From positions 5,952,001-6,016,000 of the forward strand of contig OX597826.1 in assembly GCA_951406725.2 (NCBI GenBank): a stretch of DNA of 64,000 nt. Direction: 5' to 3'. A program made the translations under genes and the position numbers. Of this stretch, positions 1 to 12,699 are shown piece after piece. The stretch's first letter is position 1, and each line of letters opens with the position of its first letter. Under the pieces are notes generated by a model. The model searched no databases. It was not told the origin of the DNA and worked only from the letters and a program-made list of their open reading frames with translations. The stretch is from Octopus vulgaris (taxonomy: Eukaryota).

Positions 1-1924
1 GTGTTTGTGTGTGTGTGTGTGTGTGTTTGTTTGTTTGTGTGTGTGTGTGAAGGAATGCATATATGTGTATATGTGAAATAAATAAACAGTGGATTGTATT
101 TAAAGTTGTGTATTGTCGCCTCTCGAAAAATTGTTTATTGATCACGCTTGAAGGATAAACCAGCACAGATATACACACGTGTGTATATGCGTATAGCATG
201 CTTATCAGTGCATATACGTACACACGTACAATAATCTTACAGAGGAAAACAGATAATGAGACACACAATCACACACTCACACACTCATGTTGTTTGGAGT
301 TTTGTGTTCGGCTGCGAGTGTTAGAGTACGTATATATATAATATGTGTGTGTTTGAGTGTGTCTGTGCGTGCGTGTGTGTATGTACATACATATGAAAGG
401 ATGGTCTCAGAGTGCTATGATTATTCCATTTAGGTTTCGCTGCTTGCATCAAACTTCCACCGCGATCAGGTTTGGGTCCTAACACAATAAATAGAGAATG
501 AACACAGGTTTGAACTTGCTACCTTTTCATTTCGTCTATCGTATATGTTTCAGTAAACGGTAGCAAAGGGCACCCAGCTTTAGATGCAACTCATAATGGC
601 AGAATGCACAAGCAAAGTCATCTTTAGACAGAAAAATGAGTGATATAAGTCAGAGTAAACAGTTGGTAGCAAAAACATTGAAGGACTCTCAATCCGAACG
701 AAATACTTCTTAAACTCTCTGTTGTCACGTCAGCCTAACAATATTTCTTAGATTAGTGGAGAACTTTCAGTGATCTTTCAGTGGGTCCAAGGTTATGTTT
801 CATTGCAATTCTATATTGTAAATCACAGAGTGATATATAAAATATAATGGTTATTACACATTTATCCTTTCTTGCATCAAATAAAGGGAAATATATATAA
901 TAACCATTACATTGTACATTACATATATGTTTGTGTGTGTCTATTTGTTTTTTTTTCTTATTATATATATATATATATAGGTATATTTTTACTTTTAAAT
1001 GCATATTGATATTTAAATCTTTATTTATATTTTAAATTGCATATCTTCTACTTTTTTTTGTGTGGATTTAAATCACAATCACTAGGCATACTATTATGCA
1101 CTGATAATACCATCAACAGGCATTCTGAAATTATTCTCGTTTTGGGTATTTGGAAGAAACCTGTGAAATATAATGTTATATTATCTATCCATTATCTACT
1201 AAAAACGTATTCTTGAGATTATTCTTATTATTATGAGTATGATTATATTGTTGTTTACCTGCATTATGTAATTTCATAAGTTGTGTGCGAATAACCTTAC
1301 TTGGTTAAAAGCAAAACAATTGTAGGATAGACCTAATAAACATGACGTACAAATATATGCGTAGTTGCAAGACCATGTTATAAAATGAGTATAGCATGTG
1401 TTTCCATTGAAGCATTATTATAAGTGAATGGTCATGTCATGATATACTGAAACACTTAGATCGGAGCGAACTAATCTTTCTGAGGTTACCTCACAGAATT
1501 TATACGTTCTTTGTTGAGCATAAACTCAAAATATTCTAAATAAACTGATATAAATATGAAAAGGGATACAATTTGAACATATTCGGAGACTTAGAGGTAG
1601 TGGAGCATGAAATGGTATATTCACGAAAGCGATAAATGGGTGTGTATGAATGGATAGATATATGTAAATATAAACATATGTATGTATATTAGTGTTACAT
1701 ATATGTGTTACATGTATGTAGAAATGTGCATGCCAGTAAATCTTCTTGCTTTAGTTGCCTCTCTTAATGACTTCTTAAGCAAATGTGACGCAGCCGGGCG
1801 ACTCTGAAGTTATAAAATCAAAAATATATATGTAAATAGATAGGCTTTGATCATCTGCCGGGCCAAGGAGCTGAACGTATGCTTCTGGTTTCCTTTGAAG
1901 TGGAAAGACACAATAAACAAATAA

Positions 1925-2340
1925 TTACTCTTTACTCTTTTACTCTTTTACTTGTTTCAGTCATTTGACTGCGGCCATGCTGGAGCACCGCCTTTAGTCG
2001 AGCAACTCGACCCCGGGACTTATTTTTTGTAAGCCCAGTACTTATTCTATCGGTCTTTTTTCCGAACCACTAAGTTGCAGAGGACGTAAACACATCAGCA
2101 TCGGTTGTCAAGCAATGCTAGGGGGACAAACACAGGTACACAAACACACACACACATACATATATATACATATATACGAAAGGCTTCTTTCAGTTTCCGT
2201 CTACCAAATCCACTTACAAGGCATTGGTCGGCCCGGGGCTATAGCAGAAGACACTTGCCCAAGATGCCGCGCAGTGGGACTGAACCTGGAACCATGTGGT
2301 TGGTTAGCAAGCTACTTACCACACAGCCACTCCGGCGCCT
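1925..2340 (-). mobile_element. tRNA-derived SINE, family A (full length)
   Basis: Minus strand starts AGGCGCCGGAGTGGCTGTGTGGTAAG (A box) then GGTTCAGTCCCA (B box), has an internal (TA/TG)n tract and ends in (AGAGTAAA)n. Near-identical copies at 22201 and 50584. Confidence 0.9.
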
Positions 2341-2769
2341 ATTGTTCATATTTATCAGTTTACAACATTATTATCTTACAATGTCCGCATATATTCCTAA
2401 AAGTCGAGACAATTCTGCGGTTAAGAATGGAGTGGAAAGTGGGGTTCCTATATTTTTACTTTCCTTTCTATCAATTTACTTCTGGTATTTTTTCTTATTT
2501 GCATATACGTTGACAACTGAAAATAGTATAATGGTGTGGGTATAAAACAAAGAGAACCTAAGATGATCTAGTAGTCCTTTAGACACTTATCGTCTAAAGA
2601 CGTGCAAGTGTACAGCTGTTGTTGGATCATATTAATGCAATGATTTGTGTATTTTTACACATTCAGTAATTGACAGCTGATACTGATGAGCCGAACCAAT
2701 TGGAGTGATTTCTAATAAGGCCTGTTCATTTCATTTTCTCATTTTAAAATTCTTTTGCGTTTTTACCCT

Positions 2770-3123
2770 AAACTCAAAGGATACTCGCAGATTGTACATA
2801 TATATCCAGTACTAGGAGAAGTCCTGGTGTATGATAACATCTGGTAGCCGATACCTGAAGAGAAGCTGCGGAAACATGGCGTAAGGATAATATCAAAATA
2901 GTGGAATCTAATGCTCTTAGATTAGATTTTCCTTGGAGCTGGCCAGATTGGAGCAATCTCGAGTATAACGAGCCGAAATTACAAAGATACTCTGGAACTC
3001 GACTGAAGAAAGAAAATTCCGAATGACCCATCTTTATAGCGTTATCTGGATGGTTTGTTGTTTCTTTTTTTGTATCACCTAATTGTCTGGATGTTTTGCA
3101 TTCTTGTCCCATTTTGTACTTTT

Positions 3124-3125
<2 letters not shown>
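2770..3125 (+). mobile_element. Degenerate Penelope-like (PLE)-associated repeat with decayed hammerhead-like cores
   Basis: CTGAAGA..GAAAC near 2853-2875 and CTCG-AGTATAA-CGAG-CC-GAAA at 2958-2978. Segment 2950-3120 resembles 49825-49985. Abuts (TA)n. Confidence 0.4.
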
Positions 3126-3159
<34 letters not shown>

Positions 3160-3218
3160 CATACATACACATATATATATATATATAAATATACATACAT
3201 ATATATATATACATATAA

Positions 3219-3297
<79 letters not shown>
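3126..3297. repeat. (TA)n microsatellite
   Basis: Direct inspection. One of many (TA)n tracts in the window. Confidence 0.95.
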
Positions 3298-3302
<5 letters not shown>

Positions 3303-3504
3303 TGTCTAGCTGCAAATGTTCTTGCCTATGTATGCTGTGTTTATGGGTTTTATCTCCAGAGTGTATATGTGGTTTGGCGTCAGATGTTACCGAATGCTGA
3401 AATGTATGTAAAAGATGAGATGAGTTCCGAAGTCAAACCTACGTTTTTCTCTAGATAGAGAAATAGACAGCCAGACATATAATTAGATAGATGTATAATT
3501 GGAT

Positions 3505-3505
3505 G

Positions 3506-3536
<31 letters not shown>

Positions 3537-3545
3537 CGATAGATC

Positions 3546-3615
<70 letters not shown>
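3505..3615. repeat. (GATA)n microsatellite
   Basis: Direct inspection. Confidence 0.95.
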
Positions 3616-3694
3616 GAGATAGGTTGATAGATGGATAGAAGGACAGATAGACAGACAAACAGATAGAAAAATAATACATAGGTGGAATCATTCC

Positions 3695-3732
<38 letters not shown>

Positions 3733-4763
3733 TGCATACTACAGCATTGACATAAACGTCATGTACACTACGCTCCACCAAGGTCGAAGTCCAATGCCTG
3801 AAATAAATAAGAGATTAAAGATAAAGGATATATGCACACTAAAACACGCACACATTCATACATACAAATACATAATACCTATAAATATACATATATATAT
3901 ATATATACATATATATACACATACACGTACATATATATATATATATATATATATACCGGTTTAAAGTCTACTAGAACAAAATAGTTGTCATTGATAAGTG
4001 GTTAATATTTTCGTTATTTAAAGCAATCTTTTCAATGGATGTACGTGTTATCATGGCTTTTATAACAGTTATCTTGTTTTCTTGGAGCCCAGTGCGTTGG
4101 CTAGACACGTTGTATCGATACAGTTAAGACCCATTGTCTGCTTCACATAACATGTTACAATGCTTTCACACCTCACTGGCTTTGTAATTCACTGCATTAC
4201 CTCCCCTGATAAAAGCTAATAAAGACATGTGCCAATCGGCCTTTGTTGACTGGCGCGGACACATTATAAACCCAGCCTTACATCATTTCGACATAGAGAT
4301 ATATTTTAAGCTTCATAGTGAACAAGATAGCTGAAAGAGACCAGAACACTGGCTTTTCTCTCAGACAAAAGCCATCGCTTTCTCTGAAGCGTTAATAACT
4401 ATATTATTGTCTGTTTTCCTCAGCAAGTAATCTTGGCTGCTATGCAAAATTATATGTCTTTAGTGAAACAAATCTGAGTAAAGGAAATTAAATGAATACA
4501 TAAAAAAACGCATAATTACGCTGTATTTCCTGTAGCTCACGTGGTACAGTCTACTATCTAATAGAAAGATCTTGAACCTCTACTATTTTTGTTTGTATTC
4601 ATATTAAGCATTGGTCAATTTGTATACATTTCAATTTAATACATATTTTCTTCCTATATTTTTTGTGAAGATTTCAATGGAAATATATCTATATATATAT
4701 ATATATATATAGTTTACATCATTCTTTCCCTATGCAATATTGAGTACAATACCAGACATAAGT

Positions 4764-5390
4764 AAGGCGGCGAGCAGCTAGAAACGTTAGCACGCCGGGT
4801 GAAATGCTTAGCGGTATTTCGTCTGCCGTTACGTTCTGAGTTCAAATTCCGCCGAGGTCGACTTTGCCTTTCATACTTTGCCTTTTAGCCTTTCGGGGTC
4901 GATTGAATTAAGTACCAGTTACGCACTGGGGTCGATATAATCGACTTAATCTGTTTGTTTGTCCTTGTTTGTCCCCTTTATGTTTAGTCCCTTGTGGGTA
5001 ATAAAGAAACAGGTACTTCGTCTGTCTTTACGTTCTGAGTTCAAATTCCGCCGAGGTCGACTTTACCTTTCATCCTTTCGGGGTCGATAAATTAAGTACC
5101 AGTTACGCACCTGGAGTCTTTATAATCGACTTAATCCGTTTGTCTGTCCTTGTTTGTCCCCTCTATATGCAGACCCTTGTGTGCAGTAAAGAAATAAGAA
5201 ATGTTAGCACGCCGAGCGAAATGCTTAGCGGTATTTCGTCTGTCTTTACATTCTGAACTTAAATTACGCCGATGTCGACTTTCCCTTTTATCTTTACAGG
5301 GTCGACAAATTAAGTACCAGCTTCGTACTGGGATCCCGTCCCCAGAAATGTCGGTCCCCATGCCTAGAGTAGAAAAGAATGTCATACATA
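4764..5390 (+). mobile_element. SINE family B, head-to-tail trimeric arrangement
   Basis: GGCGGCGAGC..GTTCTGAGTTCAAATTCCGCCGAGGTCGACTTTGCCTTTCATCCTTTCGGGGTCGATAAATTAAGTACCAG core seen three times (~4830, ~5030, ~5250). Confidence 0.85.
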
Positions 5391-6614
5391 AGCAAATACT
5401 ATTCTATTTTACACAGTATAAACACGAAAGTTTGCAAATCATGTTTCATACATTCTCGCTTAGATAAACATTATTCTCATCCTAGAAATATTTTCCCGTT
5501 ATAAATCAGCTTTTTTATTTTTATAAGAAACACTGAGGCATTATGGGATATTTACTAGAGTTACACCATCTACAAATTGCATTATAAACATTGCATATAA
5601 AGCAACAGTAATATTTTCCTTCTGTGAAAAGTAATTGCACTGTATATTTTAATGGTAAACAATACTATTTTATATAAAGGTGACGAAATATGTAACAAGA
5701 CAAATCGCTATATTCAGTGCATCGTAAAATTTATTCCACGTCTTATTAATATAAACTGTTGACAGGTAATATGAATATTTTCGAAGTGAAAAGATTGCGA
5801 AGACGTTTGCTTCCATAGAAAACATTGCTATTTTAAGTTTTCTATATATAAGGAAAATTTAGCTCTTTGGAATTACATGGAATTGTTATTTTGTGCAGGA
5901 ATATAGCTTTTTATTTACTTTTCATAACGCACAACAGAAAAAAGAAAATAAAGATAAGAATGTATTTAATGAAATATTAACATATTTTGCATCAACATGT
6001 AACAATCGCGATGTAAATTGATATCCATGTGAAGAGAACAAATTTGATTATATATTATAACATTATTCATTCGCTATATCTATTTGGGTGCCTAACGTGA
6101 TCTCTTTCTATAAATATTTGCTTGTGTGTGTACATGTGTGGGTATGGGTGTGTAAGAGAGCAAGAAACTGTTTATTTTCACACGGGGAACTCTGTGGAAC
6201 GAATAAGAGTAGGGACATCCACTACATGTTGCTTATGATAAGGTCTATTCAAACTGTAAGCTTATCGCGCGCCTCGAGTTTCATGCAATAGCGAACTTCA
6301 GGTGAGAGTTCTCATAACACAGTGTGACTGGATGGAATTCCCTGCCGCTATGTGTATGTGTGCGTGCGTGAGAATGGGTATGTGTGTATGCGTGTGCGTG
6401 TTCGTGTGTTTGACATTAGTTTCTTGATTCTATCTGCTGATTAGTCTGCTTTTCTCGTTTGCTGATTCATTGTTTTTTTTTCCTGCCACAAGCAGTTTTT
6501 TTTTCTTGAACGACGTATTAAGGAATCGTCTTTCTGGGATGGGTGGAGGTCGTAAAATAAAGTACGAGTTGAGCACCGGAGCCTTTCTTAATGAAGCTTA
6601 TTAAACCACTTTTT

Positions 6615-6765
6615 TTTTCGTTCTGAGTTCAAATACCTTTGCCTTTGCCTTTTATCGTACATATATGTACGATAAAATGAGTATCAGTAGAACACTGCTA
6701 TGGATGCCATCCACTTGCTGTATCCTCTGAATTTGTTCACCTTGACCCAAAATTTGAAGCGAGTA
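6615..6765 (+). mobile_element. SINE family B fragment (old)
   Basis: GTTCTGAGTTCAAAT..GCCTTTT..GATAAAATGAGTATCAG. Confidence 0.55.
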
Positions 6766-7907
6766 TTCAATGCTGGCCTCGTAGATATGCAACGTGTTTT
6801 CAACATGCAGTACTATTTAGCATGCAAATGCATTAATTTTTTTTAATTCTTGTGCTCCGGAATAGACTATATGTTATGTAATAACATTTATATGTACATA
6901 TATGTAATATATGTACATTTATATAAGTTATGTAATAACGTTCAAACTACTTGATCATTGACACGAAAGATTCATTTATCATAAATTCTAAATGAATGGA
7001 ATCTTGTTTACCAAATATATAAAGAAATTACCTGACTCTCCCTTTCTTCTCTCAACACTATAGCGCAATTGGACACGTATAATTTTCTAAAGAGACAAAA
7101 ATTATATCTGTATATGTATGTATAAATATGTATGTATGGTTGTGCGTATGTGTATACATGTATGTATGTCTGTATGTATGTATTTACGCATGTATGTATA
7201 AATGCATGCATGAATATATAAATATATGTATGTATCCATGTATTTATCTATTTTTCTATCTATCTATCTATCAATCTGTTTGCCTATCCATTTGTCTGTC
7301 TGTATACATGTGTGCTAAAATTTGCGAGTGCACCAGTGTATGTACACCTTTCACTGAATATTTCGTCGGTATAGAGCCATACAGCAAAATAGCTGTTACT
7401 GTTTCGTACACAAGTTAAACTTGTGCATGAATTCTCTGAAAATAACACTTTATTTTCATTATCATTAATTTTATAGCTAAGTTGGTGCTACTTTAATAGA
7501 TGTACTTGATAACTACCATCTCCGATGTGTTTCACCTGTTCTTGTTTATTGTATCAAACAAGTTATCTCTAACATAATCGGAAACACGATGTAATTAAAG
7601 AAATTTAACACGGAAATATATTGATAATAAAGATAGCGAATTCATCAGTTCATGAAAAAAAGATATTACTTTCAAGATTTCTTTGTGTAAATGTCAGTTT
7701 TGTTGTCTTTAGAATAATAGATTTGTGCATTACAATTTATTTTTGACGTTTATTCCACTCACAGTAGATTTGTTTTAATGTTAACCAATATAAGTAAATG
7801 ACCCTGCTTTGGCCAATGAGATTGGTTTACACACTACTGTGTAAACTGTTGCCTGATGGTTTCGACCTGATACAAATCGTCAAATCTCTCGAATATAGAC
7901 TTTTAAT

Positions 7908-8368
7908 TTTGGCACAAAACTTGCAATTTCGGGGAAGTTGGTATGTCAATTATATCAACCCCAGTTCCCAACTGTTACTTGTTTCATCGACTCGCAAAGG
8001 CTGAACGGTAAAGTCAACCTCAGTGGTATTCGAATTCTGAAGGCGATAACGATCAGCATGCGGTTAAGTGTTATACCCGCCGTGGTAATGATTCTACAGG
8101 CTCGCCGACAGAAACCTCTCAAATATTGATTTGAAATATTTGGTACACAGGCAGGAATTTCGGGGAAGTAGTTAAGTCGATTGCATTGATCCCTTCTCCC
8201 AGTATTCAGTTGGTACTTAATTTATCGATCCTGAATGGCTGACAGACAAATTCAACCTGTGCGGAATTTGAACTCAGAATTCAAACACGGACGAGATGGC
8301 ACTAAGCAATTTACTGGTGTGCTAAAGATTCTGCCAGCTCACCATCTTCACTGCCTAACTACTAGTGC

Positions 8369-8400
<32 letters not shown>

Positions 8401-8545
8401 ATGATGATAATAGTAATAGTAATAATAATGGCTTTAAATTTTTCCACAAGGGTAGCAATTATGGAGGAAGGGATGAGTCAATCACATTGACCGCAGTGCT
8501 CAAATATTACTTATTTTATCGACCCCAAAATGATGAAAGGCATAG
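7908..8545 (-). mobile_element. Cluster of three decayed SINE family B copies (~7908-8110, ~8140-8345, ~8430-8545)
   Basis: Reverse complement of the B core (GGTACTTAATTTATCGA..GAATTTGAACTCAGAA) recurs. Confidence 0.7.
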
Positions 8546-8578
8546 TCTGACAGTACTAATAATCAATAATAATAATAA

Positions 8579-9672
8579 TGAGCAGGGCTAAACGCATGAG
8601 CAGTAGACGAACTAAACTGCTTACTAAAAGGACAAGGAAGTTGATGACTAGATATAAGATACTCCACCCAAAAAGTGACAAGAAAAAGAGCGGGGAGAAG
8701 ACTGATTGGATGAGAACACAGCATTAGAGCAAAAGAAAACAACATAGAATGGTATGTAAAAATGCCACAGAGCTACTATTACTGGAATTAAGAAGGTCAG
8801 GCTTGTGTAGGATGAAAGATTGCAAAGATAAAGCAGTGTACAAGCAGTTGAGATTGAATGAAACTGAAAAAAGGTAGATAAAGTAAAGAATGCATGAACA
8901 ATTTCATAGGAATATTGAAAGTGAGACAGACAGAGAAAAAAGATGGCTATGGATGACGATTTAAAACCGGGAGTGATTTAAAACTGAAAACAGAGGCTCT
9001 AATATGTGCTGTCCAAGAGGAAGCATTAAGAACCAATTGCATCAAATACAGAATAGACAACATCAGAAAGTGATAAGTGCAGAATTTGTGCACAAAATGG
9101 TGAAACCGTATGGCATATTGCCAGTCAATGTGCGCCACTAGCCCAGAAGGAATATAATAGACGTCATGACAATATAGCAAGGATTGTCCATTGGACATTT
9201 TGCAACAAGTATTGGACTTGACAGAGCAAAAAATTGGTACGAATATAAACCCCAAGGAATTATCGAAAATGATTGCGCGAAGATCCTATGGGATTTTATG
9301 ATTCAGCGTGACCATAGCATAGAGAATAGGAAGCCAGACATAGTGTTAATTGAGAAAGAATGCAAACGATACTGGATCATAGATACAGCATGTCCAGCTG
9401 ACAACAAGGTATGCGATAAGGAAAAAAGAAAAGTCGATAGATATAACAAGTTAGCTAGGGAGGTCTAGCAGTTGTGTTTGCTGAAAAATGTGGTAGTAGT
9501 AGTGATAATTGTCGGAACCGTGGGAACAGTGAGTAAAACTCTTGACAAGTACAAGGAGCATATAGGGGCTGCAATAAGTGTGGATAACTTGCAGAAAACA
9601 GTACTGCTTGGAACCGCTCGGACATTCCGGATGGTGTTACTTTAGTTCATTGGTAATGAGCAGCTGACAATT
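8579..9672 (+). mobile_element. R4/Dong-clade non-LTR retrotransposon, 5'-truncated, frameshifted (zinc knuckle + RLE endonuclease)
   Basis: Translations LHPKSD, LKLKTEALICAVQEEALRT, CRICAQNGETVWHIASQC (CCHC), RHDNIARIVHW, KILWDFMIQ..RKPDIVLIEK..IIDTACP, LQKTVLLGTAR. (AAT)n on both sides. Confidence 0.88.
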
Positions 9673-9710
9673 AAATAATAATGATAATAATAATAATAAT
9701 AATAATAATG

Positions 9711-9779
<69 letters not shown>

Positions 9780-9848
9780 TTCTTTGCCCTAGGAGTCGGG
9801 AAGACGCTCGACAAGAAATGGAAGCAAATTTGAAAGAAGAAAAAAAAA

Positions 9849-9899
<51 letters not shown>

Positions 9900-9953
9900 G
9901 TAATAATAATAATAAAAATAATTGTAAAAATAATAATAATAATAATAATGATG

Positions 9954-10004
<51 letters not shown>
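9673..10004. repeat. (AAT)n microsatellite with an embedded short insert
   Basis: Direct inspection. Confidence 0.9.
9776..9850 (+). mobile_element. Short putative Dong 3'-end fragment within (AAT)n
   Basis: GAGTTTCTTTGCCCTAGGAGTCGGGAAGACGCTCGACAAGAAATGGAAGCAAATTTGAAAGAAG-An, nearly identical to 10137-10212. Confidence 0.55.
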
Positions 10005-10005
<1 letters not shown>

Positions 10006-10212
10006 GTTGAGAAGCTCAGGACTCAAAGCAGAAACAGAGGGATTTTTAATTGCAGCACAAGAAAATAAATAATAAAAAATAAAAAAAAATGAACTAACTA
10101 TTGAGTTTGGTTTAATGGCCTAACAATGTATACTATGAGTTTCTTTACCCTATGAGTCGGGAAGACACTCGGCAAGAAATGGAAGCAAATTTGAAAGAAG
10201 AAAAAAAAAAGT
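10004..10212 (+). mobile_element. Dong/R4 fragments: LRSSGLKAETEGFLIAAQE motif, then putative 3' UTR
   Basis: LKxETEGFxxAAQ is typical of R4/Dong ORFs and parallels the motif near 8980. Followed by the same 3' end as 9776-9850. Confidence 0.65.
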
Positions 10213-10227
10213 AATAATAATAATAAT

Positions 10228-10440
10228 CCTTTCTGCTAAAGGCACAAAGTCTGAAATTTGGGGGGAGGAGACTAGTTGATTTCATCAACCCTAGTGAGTA
10301 ACTGGTACTTATTTAATCGATCCTGAAAGGATGAAGGGCAATGTGGACCTCGGCGGAATTGGAACTCAGAAAGTAGCACCGGCCAAATTCCGCCAGACAT
10401 TCTGCCCGACGTGTCACAGATTCTGCCAGCCCGCCGCCTT
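10228..10440 (-). mobile_element. SINE family B
   Basis: Reverse complement of the B core. Plus strand ends CTGCCAGCCCGCCGCCTT. Confidence 0.8.
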
Positions 10441-10446
10441 CACCGT

Positions 10447-10964
<518 letters not shown>

Positions 10965-11054
10965 GCTTCCCACAGTTGCTATTTTTCATTCCTCGTTTCC
11001 AGGTATTGAATAATTTATTATGATTACAATTCAACTCAGTCGCATAGTTAATAG

Positions 11055-11074
11055 ATAATAATGATAAAAATACA

Positions 11075-11111
<37 letters not shown>

Positions 11112-11115
11112 TCTG

Positions 11116-11188
<73 letters not shown>

Positions 11189-11332
11189 TAATAATAATGA
11201 TAATAATAATGATAAAAATCATAATAACAATAAGTAGAAGAAGAAGAAGAAGAAGAAGAAGAAGAAGAAGAAGAAGAAGAAGAAGAAGAAGAAGAAGGAG
11301 AAGGAGAAGTAGAAGAAGGAGAAGAGGAAGAA
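11055..11332. repeat. (AAT)n(GAA)n tract duplicating the 10660-10770 junction
   Basis: GATAAAAATCATAATAACAATAAGTAGAAG at both 10660 and 11211. Confidence 0.85.
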
Positions 11333-11552
11333 ATGTTTAGTACTTGCTGACCTGCTTTAAGTCATACGTGTTTGTTTGTTTATTACCTTTTTTTTTTATT
11401 TATTGTTGCCATTGTCAGAATCTACAATTTTGTGTATCATTATTAATCTAGCTATTTTATGATGTTTTCTTGCTTTGTTAATTTTGCTTTATGTCATGTC
11501 GTGAAACATGAACACATTTCGAAAAAGACAGTCTCACAGAATATAAAGACAA

Positions 11553-11607
<55 letters not shown>

Positions 11608-11615
11608 ATATATAT

Positions 11616-11762
11616 ATTTGTTTTTTTTCTGTGTCCCTATCTGTAGAAGAGCGTAGGCTCGAAACATAAATGACTTTTTCTATTCCTGAGCGTTATCCCA
11701 ATACATCAGTTTGTTTTGTACACCACCTGTCTTCGTCTTTTGTGTTTTTCGTAAACTTACCC

Positions 11763-11765
<3 letters not shown>
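11616..11765 (+). mobile_element. Short element embedded in (TA)n with hammerhead-like stem II and GAAAC
   Basis: CTGTAGA-A-GAGC-GTAG-GCTC-GAAAC at 11641-11665. (TA)n on both flanks. Confidence 0.4.
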
Positions 11766-11850
<85 letters not shown>

Positions 11851-11856
<6 letters not shown>

Positions 11857-12240
11857 GGGCGGTGAATAAACCGTCGTGTAAATAACATTACACATAAATA
11901 CCTTGGAATGCTAAAGAATAAATCTTCAGACGACTTCGGAATATCCTGCAACTCTTCTCGACGCTCTCCTTTTTTAAGGAATAAATCTTCAGACGACTTC
12001 GGAATATCCTGCAACTCTTCTCGACGCTCTCCTTTTTTAAGTTGGTGAATGCTGCCATAATACTTGACTTCAGCTCACCTTTCGTTTTACAATGAATTGG
12101 GTTTTGCAATCTGGGAAGTTAGGTGGCCAGACGTTAGGGGTGATGTGGTCGCAGAAATCATTTGACAGCAATGACTGGGTTGTTCTGCTTGTGTGGCATG
12201 GTGCAGAGTCCTGTTGCCAGACCTAGGTTGTTCCACCATC
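11851..12240 (-). mobile_element. Tc1/mariner-superfamily transposase C-terminal remnant with probable 3' TIR
   Basis: Minus-strand VWQQDSAPCHTSRTTQSLLS..DHITPNVWPPNFPDC and TKGELKSSIMAAFTNL..CRIFRSRL. End reads TA-CAGAGGGCGG. Internal 63-bp tandem duplication. Confidence 0.85.
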
Positions 12241-12699
12241 CAACGGTTGTTCTATATGTGAGGGATGTATAAGTTCAGCATTTCGGATAGTTAACGTATC
12301 ATCGATGGCAGAAAAATAGAATGAATATTAAAGCTTTTTCGAATCATTCGTTCTTGTTTTTATATGTTTTACTACTTTCTATGCGTTTCCAGCCTTTTTA
12401 TTTGATGAAGGAAATCATTCCGAAACGTGAAACTCTTCTACGCTATAGAAAAAGTAAACCGCATAATGTGCAAACCGTTTCATTTTTCATAATCGTCTCA
12501 TATAATTTCAGAACTTAGTATGAGCTTGTTATTTTATTATCGACGAATCATAAATAAAAATCAAACTAAGCCGCAATGTAACTTACCATATATTATATAA
12601 GACTGTGTCTGTATAATTTTCTCTTTCAATAATATCTTTATTATAGAAACGCATTCTATTTGCTTAAAAGTTTCCAAATAGATTCCGCACATATCCAGA

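Noticed and set aside
2105-2545. 146-aa ORF with a near-identical partner at 50749-51057
   Set aside because: Antisense reading of SINE family A, not a gene family
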